A stretch of DNA of 64,000 nucleotides from Minisyncoccota bacterium (GCA_017881075.1 JADGRH010000006.1:117666-181665); one strand, 5' to 3'; shown: positions 48,123 through 58,249, counted from the stretch's first letter. Notes: generated by a model from the letters alone, not told the origin. Numbers and translations are program-made.

Positions 48123-48910
48123 CACTTGTTGTCACTCATCTGCCAGAGAGTTTCATAAACAGCTTTCATGCTTTCGGCGATGCTTCGGCTTTGGATAATG
48201 ATTCCATGCTCTCTGCCTTTTGATAAAGACATAATGCCAATACGATCAGCATAAATATCAATTTCATTTTTGAAGTTGTATAAGTCCGGTGGTAAGAAAC
48301 GGACGGTGCGAAGCTCTTTCTGGTTTCGTTCTGTTGAAAATTCCTTCATTGCTCTTTCAGTTTTGGGAATAATTCCGCGAGTAGGAATAGCTAAAGCTGT
48401 TCGCCGCTCCCAATAATTATTTAAGAACTCTTCGCCGAAGCTATACTCTATTGATTCAACAGAGGAAAAAGACAAGATCTCTCGAGGCTTATTTTTTAAG
48501 GTATCGTTTAAAACCTCTCTCACTCCATCCACTCCTTCATAAAAAAGAACAACAGGCTTATCTTCGGCGGAAGAAAAATTCGCTTCAAATTCATTTTTTA
48601 ACGACTCTGCCCTTTTCAATAAGTCGGTGACGGCTTCCTGTTTTGATTCTAGCCTTGCCACAATATCCGAATATTCCATCGGCACGAAATACTTAGTCCG
48701 ATTATTCTTTTTAGCTCGTATCTTTACAAAGCCTTTAGCCGAGAGCCGTTTCAAGGCCTCATAGGCGGTGACTCTATTAAGGCCAGCTACTTTGGCGATA
48801 CCACTCGCCGAACCAGACCCAATATCTAAAGTGGCCAAATAAGCCCCAATCTCGGCCTTATTTAAGCCCAGTTCGGTTAAAAACTGTCTCATTTCCGGTC
48901 TAATATTCAT
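48122..48910 (-). CDS. TrmB family transcriptional regulator
   Basis: LGLNKAE..AY, IAK.AGLNRVTAYEALKRL..KG wHTH; KPVVLFYEGVDG; EIDIY.DRI. Confidence 0.9.
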   Translation of the reverse strand: MNIRPEMRQFLTELGLNKAEIGAYLATLDIGSGSASGIAKVAGLNRVTAYEALKRLSAKGFVKIRAKKNNRTKYFVPMEYSDIVARLESKQEAVTDLLKRAESLKNEFEANFSSAEDKPVVLFYEGVDGVREVLNDTLKNKPREILSFSSVESIEYSFGEEFLNNYWERRTALAIPTRGIIPKTERAMKEFSTERNQKELRTVRFLPPDLYNFKNEIDIYADRIGIMSLSKGREHGIIIQSRSIAESMKAVYETLWQMSDNK

Positions 48911-48912
48911 GT

Positions 48913-49031
48913 TTGTAGTATACGATTTACAACATAAAATGCAAGTATATATCTGATTTTATCTTTAATAATAAGCCGATTCTAGCTTTTTGGTCTTTTA
49001 ACTACTCATATTTGTAAATCATAATTTACTA
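48913..49031. promoter_or_regulatory. Two related imperfect palindromes (putative TrmB operators)
   Basis: TTGTAGTATACGATTTACAA (48913-48932) and TTGTAAATCATAATTTACTA (49012-49031). Confidence 0.55.
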
Positions 49032-49114
49032 TAAGTGCTTATCGATGTACTCTTTACTCAGGAATTTGGCTTTAAATAGGTGTGCCATTGAACACCAGAA
49101 GAAGAAACTTGAAA

Positions 49115-49588
49115 ATGAAATGGAAATCATATTCAGTAGTTCAGATTAAGACTCACAAAGTTACAACAATTGATGACCTCATCAGGGGGATAAGGATTTC
49201 CAAAATCCGAATGACTCCTAGCGGGCATCAACTTATAGAGAATGAACGACATTCCTCTTGGGAAGGGGAAGCCGAAGTTAGATTCTATAAGTGGAAAAAA
49301 GATTTGTATGTTGGTCGCATTCTGCTCTGTCAGTTAAGAGCACTTCTTTTACTTCAACCACAAGGAGGAAAAGGAGCCTTACTCACTGGAAAAGGCGAAC
49401 TGAATACTTTCAATATCCAAATGAGAAGTGGAGTGAGTTGGGCTATAGATGTGTGGTATGAAGACGGATGGAATATAACCGCATCTGATCCAAACATTGG
49501 TTCGAGTGACGATCGTTTCTCCACGATTGCTGTGGCGGAAGTGATGATGAGGTTAGAGTCTATCCCCGGCCCTCGCTACGAAAATTAA
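49115..49588 (+). CDS. Hypothetical protein divergent from the TrmB gene (start 49082 or 49115)
   Basis: Open frame, no assignable motif. Confidence 0.55.
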   Translation: MKWKSYSVVQIKTHKVTTIDDLIRGIRISKIRMTPSGHQLIENERHSSWEGEAEVRFYKWKKDLYVGRILLCQLRALLLLQPQGGKGALLTGKGELNTFNIQMRSGVSWAIDVWYEDGWNITASDPNIGSSDDRFSTIAVAEVMMRLESIPGPRYEN

Positions 49589-49632
49589 AACGCTGTAACT
49601 AAAGACCTCGCATGAGAAATTGTGCGGGGATT

Positions 49633-50046
49633 TTATTTTTCTAATTCTTTTTTGATTTTTGCTGATACCGCTTTACTCTCACCTTCTTTGTAGATTAGAT
49701 GGCGGCCATGATAGCCGCCGTCATTACTGAATCGGGGGATAACGTGAATATGAGTGTGGAAGACATCTTGCCCGCCCGCTTTCTCGTTATTCATGACTAT
49801 GTTGATACCGTCGGCATCCAATCCATGTTTGATTGCCGTAGCCATTTTCTTGACAGTTAGCATTAAGCGGCAGAATTCTTCATCCGGGGTGGTGTAAATA
49901 TTCTCAAAATGATCTTTAGTTACTACTAAGGTGTGACCGAGGTTGTTCGGGTGAATATCAAGGAAGGCAAAAGTATATTCATCTTCATAAATTTTTTCTG
50001 AAGGAATCTCTCCTTTCACTATTTTGCAAAAGATACAATCTGACAT
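49633..50046 (-). CDS. HIT family nucleotide hydrolase
   Basis: CIFCKI, GHTLV, GQDVFHTHIHVIPR. Confidence 0.96.
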   Translation of the reverse strand: MSDCIFCKIVKGEIPSEKIYEDEYTFAFLDIHPNNLGHTLVVTKDHFENIYTTPDEEFCRLMLTVKKMATAIKHGLDADGINIVMNNEKAGGQDVFHTHIHVIPRFSNDGGYHGRHLIYKEGESKAVSAKIKKELEK

Positions 50047-50081
50047 AATAGTATTTTAACATATCCATCATATCCTCCAGC

Positions 50082-50110
50082 AAAATAACGAAGTCAGACT
50101 TCGTTATTTT
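50082..50110. repeat. GAAGTC-A-GACTTC palindrome (29 bp perfect)
   Basis: AAAATAACGAAGTC-A-GACTTCGTTATTTT between divergent genes. Confidence 0.88.
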
Positions 50111-50159
50111 AGAACAAATTTAACTATTGTTTATCCTGAATGTGTTAAGATGTTTCAAA

Positions 50160-51860
50160 ATGAAGACCTACAAAGTTAGAGAAGAACTCAGAGATATTGA
50201 TCGAGAAGCTCTGAAATCCTACCCGGAATTTTTGCAACACCTCCTGTTTCATCGTGGCCTCCGGAGTGAGGAGGCCGCGGAAGAGTTTCTCTTTCCTCAT
50301 TATGAGAATGGCACTCACGATCCGTATCTGATGAAAGATATGGAGAAAGCGGTGAAGCGAATCATGAAGGCTATTGATAATGACGAAAAAACCATTATTT
50401 TCAGCGATTTTGATGCCGATGGTATTCCCGGCGCTGTCGTTCTGCACGATTTTTTTAAGAAGATCGGTTACAACAACTTTGAGAATTACATTCCGGATCG
50501 ACACAACGAAGGCTACGGTCTCAACGTGGATGCGATCACTAAGTTTAAAGAACTCGGAGCAACACTTCTCATCACTATTGATTGCGGCATTTCAAATTTC
50601 AAAGAAGTAGAGAAAGCTAATGAATTCGGTATTGACGTTATTATCACTGATCACCACTTACCTCATAAAAAATTACCAGCCGCTTATGCCATCATTAATT
50701 CCAAACAAGAAGATTGCGACTACCCGTTCAAAATGCTCTGCGGTGCCGGCGTGGTTTTTAAATTAGTACAGGCAATTCTGAAGAAAAAAAGATTCAGCAT
50801 TAAAGAGGGAATGGAAAAATGGTATTTAGACATGGTAGGTTTTGCCACTCTTTCTGACATGGTGCCACTTCACGGTGAGAATCGCATCTTTGCTCACTAT
50901 GGCTTGATGGTCTTGCGCAAATCTCCGCGCCTTGGTCTTTTGGAGCTTTTGCGTCGGGCGGATATCAATCCTCGCAATCTTTCCGAAGATGATATTTCCT
51001 TCAGCCTAACACCGAAGATTAATGCTGCTTCCCGCATGGGTTCGCCCCACTCCGCTTTTGAATTATTTAAGACGAATGACCAGGTACGAGCCAAAGAATT
51101 ATCGGAAGACCTATTCAAATTAAATGATGAAAGAAAAGGAGTGGTAGCGGCTATGTTGAAAGAAATGCGGAAGGTAATCGAAAAAAGAGAGATTGGTGAA
51201 GTAATCGTATTGGGAAATCCGAAATGGCGGCCAGGGGTTTTGGGCCTGGCCGCCAACAACCTTGCAGACGAATATCAGAAGCCGGTATTTCTCTGGGGAA
51301 GGGAAGGGAGCGGCCTGCTTAAAGGGTCAGGCCGCTCAAACGGATTGATTGACCTTTCTGTTTTGCTTAAGGAGGTCAATCCAGAAATCATTTCCGATTA
51401 TGGAGGTCACGCCTTCGCCGGCGGCTTCACTGTTGTTATCGATAAAGTCCATTTACTGGAAGAAGAATTAAATCGGGCATACGAGAAGACTAAAATGGTA
51501 ACAGTCTTGTCGGAAAATTTTGTAGACAAGAAACTTTCCATGAACGAGGTGAACTGGGAACTCTATAAATTGATTGCCAAGCTCGCTCCTTACGGAGAAG
51601 GGAATCCAAAACCAATGTTCTTGTTTGAAGGAGCGAAAATAAAAACTATGAAGCAATTCGGCAAGACCGCTAATCACCTTGAATTAATGTTTGAAAATGA
51701 AAAAGGCAAAAAGATCAAAGCTATCGGCTTTTTCATGAACGAAGGCAGTTTCAGTAAACCAATGAAGGCCGGTCAAAAAATCGATCTAGTGGCCACCTTT
51801 GAAAAATCCAATTTTCGCAATTTTCCCGAGCTAAGGCTACGCATCGTTGACATTTTATAG
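50160..51860 (+). CDS. recJ: ssDNA exonuclease RecJ
   Basis: DFDADG, TIDCG, TDHH, PKINAASR, GSGRS, GGHAFAGG. Confidence 0.96.
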   Translation: MKTYKVREELRDIDREALKSYPEFLQHLLFHRGLRSEEAAEEFLFPHYENGTHDPYLMKDMEKAVKRIMKAIDNDEKTIIFSDFDADGIPGAVVLHDFFKKIGYNNFENYIPDRHNEGYGLNVDAITKFKELGATLLITIDCGISNFKEVEKANEFGIDVIITDHHLPHKKLPAAYAIINSKQEDCDYPFKMLCGAGVVFKLVQAILKKKRFSIKEGMEKWYLDMVGFATLSDMVPLHGENRIFAHYGLMVLRKSPRLGLLELLRRADINPRNLSEDDISFSLTPKINAASRMGSPHSAFELFKTNDQVRAKELSEDLFKLNDERKGVVAAMLKEMRKVIEKREIGEVIVLGNPKWRPGVLGLAANNLADEYQKPVFLWGREGSGLLKGSGRSNGLIDLSVLLKEVNPEIISDYGGHAFAGGFTVVIDKVHLLEEELNRAYEKTKMVTVLSENFVDKKLSMNEVNWELYKLIAKLAPYGEGNPKPMFLFEGAKIKTMKQFGKTANHLELMFENEKGKKIKAIGFFMNEGSFSKPMKAGQKIDLVATFEKSNFRNFPELRLRIVDIL

Positions 51861-51896
51861 ATGTGAATTACCATTGAATTTAGAAAGATATTTCAT

Positions 51897-53504
51897 ATGA
51901 TAACTACATTAAAAACTCTCACACGAGAGGCATTTGCGGATATTAAGGAGGAAATGAAAGTTCGTCGGACCTCAGAGGTCTTTCTTCTTTTTCCTCTTGG
52001 CAGTCAGTTTGACCATCTGATTAAACTGGCCCTTGCGAAATTGGGAGTCTATTGTTTGGTGGCAGATCCGAAGACTCTCCGAGCAACCGACGTCAAAAAA
52101 CTCGCTCCTAAGGGAATCATTCTCTCCGGAGGCCCTGCTTCAGTTTATGCCGAGAACGTAGAATTTGACCGTGAAATTTTTGGTCTGGGTATTCCCGTAC
52201 TCGGTATCTGCTTTGGTTTCCAGATGTGGGCTCACCATGTTGGTGTTGAAGTTGTGTCATCCGACAAAAAAGAGTTTAGCGTTCACCGCCTAAATATTTT
52301 GTTGCCCGATTCACCACTATTTAAGGATTTCAAAAATCTGAATGTTCAACAAAATCATGGAGACAAGATTCTACCCAATGAAAAGATATTTCAAACATTA
52401 GCCGCCACAGACAACTCTCCCGTGGCGGCCGGTAGAAAAGGTCATTTGTGGGGTGTTCAGTTTCATCCGGAAGTCTCGGCTACGCCGGACGGCTTGAAAA
52501 TATTAGAGAACTTCTGTTTTTCCATCTGCGGAGCGCAGGATCGTTTTCCGGCGGTGGACGCGGCAAAGGAAAAAGTCTCTCACCTACAGGAAACTCTGGG
52601 AAGCGATAAGAAAGTGCTTCTGGCACTCTCCGGTGGATCCGATTCCTCGGTAGTAGCATATCTCTTAAAACAGGTGTTTGGTCAAACAATTGGACGCGTG
52701 CGGGCGATCTACATCAAAGGGATAGATCGTCCTGACGATGAAAAAGATGTCCGGAGATTCTTTGGTGGAGAACCTTGGCTGGAACTTCAGGTGGTTGACG
52801 CCACGACCGCATTTCTGGAAGTGCTTAGGGGTAAACCGAGCATGAAGGAAAAGAGAATTGCCATGCGAGGTGTTTATAAAAGGATATTGGAGGAAGAGGG
52901 GCAAAAATTCGGAGCGGATTTCATCGCTCAAGGAACTCTCTACACCGATATCTCCGAAAGCGGAGGAGGTTATGATGTTGGCTCGCGCAAAGCGGAGATC
53001 AAACTCCATCATAATACTAACCTCGGCTTCTCTATTCCGGAGCTAACGCCTCTAGACGAATATGTCAAAGACAGCGCTCGGGATATTGGCGCCGCAATCG
53101 GCGTGCCCAAGGAGCTTCTACTCAGGCATCCTTTTCCTGGACCCGGTTTGGTGGTTCGAATTGAAGGAGAAGTCACTGCGGAGAATCTCAAAGTCGCACG
53201 GGAGGTGGACTCTATCTATATTGAGGAACTTCGTAAGAGTGGTATTTATCAAACGGTCTGGCAGGCCGGAGCAGTGGTGACGCAATCTGTAACTACTTGC
53301 ACTCAAGGCGACGAGGCTGGTAATGGTCTAGTCATTGCTCTGTGGGCAGTTTGGAGTGTTAATGGTTTTACCGCTGAAGCAGCTGAACTGCCGTGGGAGT
53401 TTCTTTCCGGTCTCGCCAAGAGGATTACTAATGAAGTTCGCTCTGTGGGGTCGGTGGTCTATCGACTCACTGACAAGCCTCCGAGCACTATTGAGTGGGG
53501 TTAA
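51897..53504 (+). CDS. guaA: GMP synthase (glutamine-hydrolysing)
   Basis: ILSGGPASV, GICFGFQ, QFHPEV, LSGGSDS, QGTLY, HPFPGPGL, KPPSTIEW. Confidence 0.95.
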   Translation: MITTLKTLTREAFADIKEEMKVRRTSEVFLLFPLGSQFDHLIKLALAKLGVYCLVADPKTLRATDVKKLAPKGIILSGGPASVYAENVEFDREIFGLGIPVLGICFGFQMWAHHVGVEVVSSDKKEFSVHRLNILLPDSPLFKDFKNLNVQQNHGDKILPNEKIFQTLAATDNSPVAAGRKGHLWGVQFHPEVSATPDGLKILENFCFSICGAQDRFPAVDAAKEKVSHLQETLGSDKKVLLALSGGSDSSVVAYLLKQVFGQTIGRVRAIYIKGIDRPDDEKDVRRFFGGEPWLELQVVDATTAFLEVLRGKPSMKEKRIAMRGVYKRILEEEGQKFGADFIAQGTLYTDISESGGGYDVGSRKAEIKLHHNTNLGFSIPELTPLDEYVKDSARDIGAAIGVPKELLLRHPFPGPGLVVRIEGEVTAENLKVAREVDSIYIEELRKSGIYQTVWQAGAVVTQSVTTCTQGDEAGNGLVIALWAVWSVNGFTAEAAELPWEFLSGLAKRITNEVRSVGSVVYRLTDKPPSTIEWG

Positions 53505-53510
53505 TTCAGC

Positions 53511-53545
53511 AAGCCGTGCGGGCAACTTTCTCGCACGGCTTTTTT
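53511..53545 (+). terminator. Intrinsic terminator after guaA
   Basis: AAGCCGTGCG...CGCACGGCTT followed by T-run. Confidence 0.8.
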
Positions 53546-53600
53546 AATTTGCTTATTTAAAACATAGCTGGTAGAGTCATATTTTAGAAGCCTCCTTAAT

Positions 53601-54089
53601 ATGAATATCACCAATTCTGAATCTAATCGGATTTCTTCGACGGCGTTGTCTCAGAGCCCCAGTTCCTTGTATGAATACATTAAGTGTCATTTCCTCTCCC
53701 GCAAATATCTTGGCGAAGAGATGAAGAATATGCCTTTAGAATTTTGTAACGGCATTACCGTTGTCAGATGTCGCTACTGCGCAGTGAGGGAGAGATGGGG
53801 AGAAAGATTTTTCATTATCCAAATCTTTCTTTTGGGCACTGAAGATTCTAAGAACCTTCACAATATTGAAGAATACAGTGTGGGGGAAGAGGGAATTGTC
53901 GGCATCCACGAAATTAATAATGCTCGACTAGTTACTTTTCCATCAGCCGATCAGTTTAGCTGGCCAGCACTTGTATCCAATAAAGTAAAAGAAGTGGCTG
54001 CGGTAGCAGTTCTAGTTTTCCTCAAGGGGGTCTTAGACCACCCGACGATGAAGTGCAAGAAGATTTCTCTGACGAGCTTATCGAGGTAA
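53601..54089 (+). CDS. Orphan hypothetical protein
   Basis: 162-aa ORF, no motif recognised. Confidence 0.5.
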   Translation: MNITNSESNRISSTALSQSPSSLYEYIKCHFLSRKYLGEEMKNMPLEFCNGITVVRCRYCAVRERWGERFFIIQIFLLGTEDSKNLHNIEEYSVGEEGIVGIHEINNARLVTFPSADQFSWPALVSNKVKEVAAVAVLVFLKGVLDHPTMKCKKISLTSLSR

Positions 54090-54140
54090 TTCTCGATGGG
54101 CTTTTTAATTTGGGCTTGCATTAAATGATATAATTTTTTC

Positions 54141-54881
54141 ATGAATAAGATTGTCATTTTTACCGACGGCGCTTCGCGAGGCAATCCCGGTCCGGGTGGC
54201 TGGGGCGCTGTAATAGCTTATAGGAATCAGCTTATAGCTTATAGCAAAAAGGAAAGTGTAATTGAGTTGGGAGGAAGAGAGACTAATACAACCAACAACA
54301 GAATGGAATTAATAGCGGCAATCAAAGCTTTAGAATACATTTCCTATAAGCTAAAACCTATAAGCTATAAGCTAGATATTTACACCGACTCTTCCTATTT
54401 GATAAATGGCATCACCAAATGGGTAAGTGCCTGGCGAATGAATGATTGGCGCACAAAGGCCAAAAAAGAAGTTTTAAATCGCGAACTCTGGGAGGAGTTG
54501 GTAGAGCAGACGGAAAACAAGAATATTGAATGGAAATATTCTGGCGGTCATAGCGGCATCGCCGGTAATGAAAGGTGTGATGAGATCGCAACGGAATTTG
54601 CCGATGGTAAAGAAGTAAATTTACACAACAGCGCGCTTTCAAAATACCCGATTGATATTTTGAATTTTAATTTTAATGAGGCGAAAACTCAAAAAAAGGC
54701 GGCCCTTCGGCGGCACTCAGGGCTTGCAGCCTACTCCTACGTCAGTATGGTAGACGGTAAAATAAAAACCCACAAATCCTGGCCCGACTGCGAAAAGCGC
54801 GTCAAAGGCAAGAGTGGAGCAAGGTTTAAGAAAGCAACGAGTGCTGCTCAAGAAAAAGAAATTATTAGCGCTTGGGAATAG
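54141..54881 (+). CDS. rnhA: Ribonuclease HI with C-terminal hybrid-binding (viroplasmin-like) domain
   Basis: FTDGASRGNPGPGGWG, TTNNRMEL, YTDS, GH.G..GNERCD; HKSWPDCEKRVKG..GARFKK. Confidence 0.93.
   Translation: MNKIVIFTDGASRGNPGPGGWGAVIAYRNQLIAYSKKESVIELGGRETNTTNNRMELIAAIKALEYISYKLKPISYKLDIYTDSSYLINGITKWVSAWRMNDWRTKAKKEVLNRELWEELVEQTENKNIEWKYSGGHSGIAGNERCDEIATEFADGKEVNLHNSALSKYPIDILNFNFNEAKTQKKAALRRHSGLAAYSYVSMVDGKIKTHKSWPDCEKRVKGKSGARFKKATSAAQEKEIISAWE
54214..54374. repeat. Two mutually inverted heptamer arrays (TAGCTTA / TAAGCTA) inside rnhA
   Basis: 54214-54245 and 54340-54374. Confidence 0.8.
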
Positions 54882-54935
54882 ATTTTTTTATCTTCTCTTT
54901 AAATAAATTTTAACTCTTGCGCATAAACTTCAGGA

Positions 54936-56339
54936 ATGAAGTTTTACGTTTTTGTCTGGAGTTTTTTTGGCGTTGTTTTTCTTGCCTCGGTTTTCCATTG
55001 GCCGCTTTGGCCGTTTCACAATCACGATCCCAATTTCTATTCTCACCTTAATGAAGTCGTAACCATTCGCGGAATTATAGTGGATGAGCCGGATCAAAGA
55101 GAAAACAATACCAATCTAATAATTCTACCGACAAAAATTAATGACAAGTCTTTTTCTACTAAAGAAAAATTAATTGCTCGAGCTCCATCATATTCCACTT
55201 TTCAATACGGAGATGAGGTTGAAGTAAGGGGGAAGTTGGAATTGCCGGAAATGATCGATTCGGATAATGGTCGTACTTTCAATTATCCCGAATATCTGGC
55301 AAAAGATAATATCTATTATTTGATAAATAGGGCGGAGGTCAAGGTAATTTCAAGCGGCCATGGAAATATCGTTAAAAGAAATCTTTTCAAAATCAAGCAT
55401 GCCTTTCTCTCTAATCTCAATGAATTATTACCTGAACCGCATTCCGGTTTCATGGGTGGCTTGATTATTGCCGGAAAGAAATCTTTGCCGGCCGATATTT
55501 TGGCCGAATTTCAGAGAACTGGAACACTGCAGATAGTTGTTCTCTCCGGCTACAACATTACTATTGTGGCCGAAGCAATGATGAAAATGTTTTCATTTTT
55601 ACCAAGCGCCGGCGGATTGATAGCCGGCGCTGGGAGCATCATTCTTTTTTCAATTATGGCGGGTGGCGCGTCTACGATAGTCCGCGCCGCCGTCATGGCC
55701 TTGATCTCCATTCTCGGTAAGGCTACTCACCGTGTTTATGATGCCAAACGAGCCCTCTTTATGGCCGGTTTTTTAATGGTACTTCAGAATCCAAAGATAT
55801 TGACCTATGACCCTTCATTTCAGCTTAGTTTTATGGCTACTTTGGGGTTAATGGTTCTCTCGCCATTCTTCGAGCAACGTCTATTATGGATTCCAGAAAA
55901 ATTCCAACTTAGGGCAATGGCTTCAGCAACTCTTGCCAGCCAAGTTTTCGTCACTCCGATTATTTTCTACCAGATCGGCCAGGTTTCTCTTGTTTCCGTG
56001 CCAACCAACATGCTAATGCTCATTCTTGTTCCAACAATAATGTTGATCGGTTTTATCACGGGGCTTGTGGGGTTTGTCAGCCACTTGGTCGCAATGCCTT
56101 TTGCCTTCATTTCGTATTTTTTACTTTCATACGAGCTTTTTGTGTTAAAATTTTTTGCCAATATTCCTTTTGCTTTGATCTCAATTCCATTTCCGTTCTG
56201 GGTGTTAGCCGGCGTTTACGGTTTTTATGTTTTTATCTTTTTTAAGAGGAGAAAAAATACCAGCCAAATAACAAAAGAAAGCGCCGCCGTAGGCGGCGCT
56301 TTCTCAAGAATTAAAGACATTAAGATCCTAGAGGACTAA
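54936..56339 (+). CDS. comEC: ComEC/Rec2 DNA-uptake channel (DUF4131 + competence domain)
   Basis: YGDEV..RGKL, FNYPEYL, VLSGYNI, RAAVM, SFQLSF. Confidence 0.93.
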   Translation: MKFYVFVWSFFGVVFLASVFHWPLWPFHNHDPNFYSHLNEVVTIRGIIVDEPDQRENNTNLIILPTKINDKSFSTKEKLIARAPSYSTFQYGDEVEVRGKLELPEMIDSDNGRTFNYPEYLAKDNIYYLINRAEVKVISSGHGNIVKRNLFKIKHAFLSNLNELLPEPHSGFMGGLIIAGKKSLPADILAEFQRTGTLQIVVLSGYNITIVAEAMMKMFSFLPSAGGLIAGAGSIILFSIMAGGASTIVRAAVMALISILGKATHRVYDAKRALFMAGFLMVLQNPKILTYDPSFQLSFMATLGLMVLSPFFEQRLLWIPEKFQLRAMASATLASQVFVTPIIFYQIGQVSLVSVPTNMLMLILVPTIMLIGFITGLVGFVSHLVAMPFAFISYFLLSYELFVLKFFANIPFALISIPFPFWVLAGVYGFYVFIFFKRRKNTSQITKESAAVGGAFSRIKDIKILED

Positions 56340-56935
56340 ATTACTTTATCGAATCTCTCTTCCACTTTCTGCCAGTTGAGATTCTCAAAAAAAGCTTCAA
56401 TATATTTTTTCTTTTCCGACGGCGCATAATCCAACATGTAGGAATGTTCCCACATATCAAGGCCAAGAATGAATCGGAGGGAAGTAAGATGCCCCAAATG
56501 TTGTTCCTCCACCCAGGTATTGAGAAGTTTGCCGGTTCGTGAATCCAAGTAAAGAACTGCCCAGCCAATTCCTCGTGTCATAGCGACAGCCTTAAATTGA
56601 GAAAGCCAAGTTTCGAAACTGCCATACTGATCAACGATGCTTTTATAAAAAGTTCCGGCAGCGCTTGCCTCAATCGCCGATCCCTCAAACTGTTCAAAGT
56701 AGTATTCATGATTTCTCATTCCGTCGAACTCAAAGCCGAAGCGACGTTGTAGCTCACCCATAACGTAAGTATTTTTCTCTGTGTCGATAGAATACTCCTT
56801 AAGTTTTTCTCGGATGAGATTAGTGTGTTTGACGTACCCAGTGTAGAGCTTAAGGTGCTCCTCAATGGTCTTTTTCGAAATCCCCTTTAATTCCGGAATA
56901 TTAAATTTTTGCTCAACATAATTTTCTGGAGGCAT
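56336..56935 (-). CDS. sod: Fe/Mn superoxide dismutase
   Basis: EEHLKLY.GYV, NHEYYF, GIGW, LDMWEHSY. Confidence 0.93.
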   Translation of the reverse strand: MPPENYVEQKFNIPELKGISKKTIEEHLKLYTGYVKHTNLIREKLKEYSIDTEKNTYVMGELQRRFGFEFDGMRNHEYYFEQFEGSAIEASAAGTFYKSIVDQYGSFETWLSQFKAVAMTRGIGWAVLYLDSRTGKLLNTWVEEQHLGHLTSLRFILGLDMWEHSYMLDYAPSEKKKYIEAFFENLNWQKVEERFDKVI

Positions 56936-57009
56936 AGTTTTTATATTAAATTAATAATAATTTCATCTCACATGTTTATAATATCAGATTCTGTCTGATC
57001 TGGTGCCCA

Positions 57010-57091
57010 CTCGCATGCCTCCGTTCGACGTTCTTTCGGAAACCTCAAGAAGTCGCCCAGAGTCAAGCTCGCAACACCTCGGCCTTTAAGT
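57010..57091 (+). repeat. Structured intergenic repeat, copy D
   Basis: 81/82 identical to the reverse complement of 59063-59144. Confidence 0.95.
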
Positions 57092-57147
57092 GATAAATTA
57101 TGTATTAATCACTTCACCAACGCACTAATATTATAGACGTTTCAAAC

Positions 57148-58014
57148 ATGAAATATTTCAAAACACATTTTTCTCTCGTTTTAATTGGTTTCTTAGTGCT
57201 ACTAAATTCAGCCATTTGGTACGCCACGATCTGGGAAGACCACGGCAATGTCTTAAAAGTGGCCTTTTTGAACATTGGCCAAGGCGACTCAATTTTCATT
57301 GAGTCGCCAAACGGCAACAAGATAATGATCGATGGCGGGCCGGTGGGGAATAAGACTGAAAGTGAGCTCGCCAAACAATTACCATTTTATGATCGTCATC
57401 TTGACTTGATCATACTGACTCATCCCGATGCCGATCATGTTGTTGGTTTCCAATCAATTTTAAATGATTACAAAGTAGATAAAGTAATGGAGCCTGGCTC
57501 AAACACTGATACGGCAACTTATAAAAAAATTGAGGAAACAATAACAACTGAAAAAATTCCTAAGACTCTGGCTCGGAGGGGAATGCGAATCGTTTTAGAT
57601 CAAAAGCGAAAAATATATCTAACCATTCTCTTTCCGGATCGCGATCCTGCAACCTGGGATACAAACACGAGCTCAATTGTGGCGCGACTCACGTATGGTC
57701 ACGATTCTTTTCTTTTTCAAGGAGATTCGCCTCAGGTAATTGAGAATTATCTCGTTTCAATTGACGGAACTACTCTCAAAAGTGATGTCTTGAAAGCTGG
57801 TCATCATGGTTCTAAGACATCCACCAGCGATTTATATGTTCAAACTGTTCAGCCAACCTACACTATTATCTCGGCCGGTCTGAACAATCGCTATGGTTTT
57901 CCTCATCAACAAACGATTGATATCTTAAATAAATATCACACTAAAATATTAAAGACCTACGAAATGGGGACGATAGTGATGAGGTCCGATGGGGAGAAAA
58001 TTTCAGTTAAATAA
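57148..58014 (+). CDS. ComEC-type metallo-beta-lactamase fold nuclease (stand-alone)
   Basis: NIGQGDS, IDGG, THPDADH, LKAGHHGSKTS, SAG..NRYGFPH. Confidence 0.93.
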   Translation: MKYFKTHFSLVLIGFLVLLNSAIWYATIWEDHGNVLKVAFLNIGQGDSIFIESPNGNKIMIDGGPVGNKTESELAKQLPFYDRHLDLIILTHPDADHVVGFQSILNDYKVDKVMEPGSNTDTATYKKIEETITTEKIPKTLARRGMRIVLDQKRKIYLTILFPDRDPATWDTNTSSIVARLTYGHDSFLFQGDSPQVIENYLVSIDGTTLKSDVLKAGHHGSKTSTSDLYVQTVQPTYTIISAGLNNRYGFPHQQTIDILNKYHTKILKTYEMGTIVMRSDGEKISVK

Positions 58015-58249
58015 CCCCCGCCTTCTTTAGGGTGGCGTAGGCGCCGTTCTTCTGGATGGTTTTGATAGCTTTAGTTGAAAGGGTGATGCTTACGAATTTT
58101 TTCAATTCAGGAATGTAGATTCTTTTCTTCTGGAGATTCGGATATTTACGCACTTTTCCGGTAGGGTTAAACTGCGTCGCTCGAGTGCGATTGCTGTAAC
58201 CTCCGGCCATCCGGGAACCCACCTTTGTAATTGCGCAAACTTTTGCCAT
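58007..58249 (-). CDS. rpmB: 50S ribosomal protein L28
   Basis: MAKVCAIT, RKYPNLQKKRIY, LSTKAIKT. Confidence 0.9.
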   Translation of the reverse strand: MAKVCAITKVGSRMAGGYSNRTRATQFNPTGKVRKYPNLQKKRIYIPELKKFVSITLSTKAIKTIQKNGAYATLKKAGVI

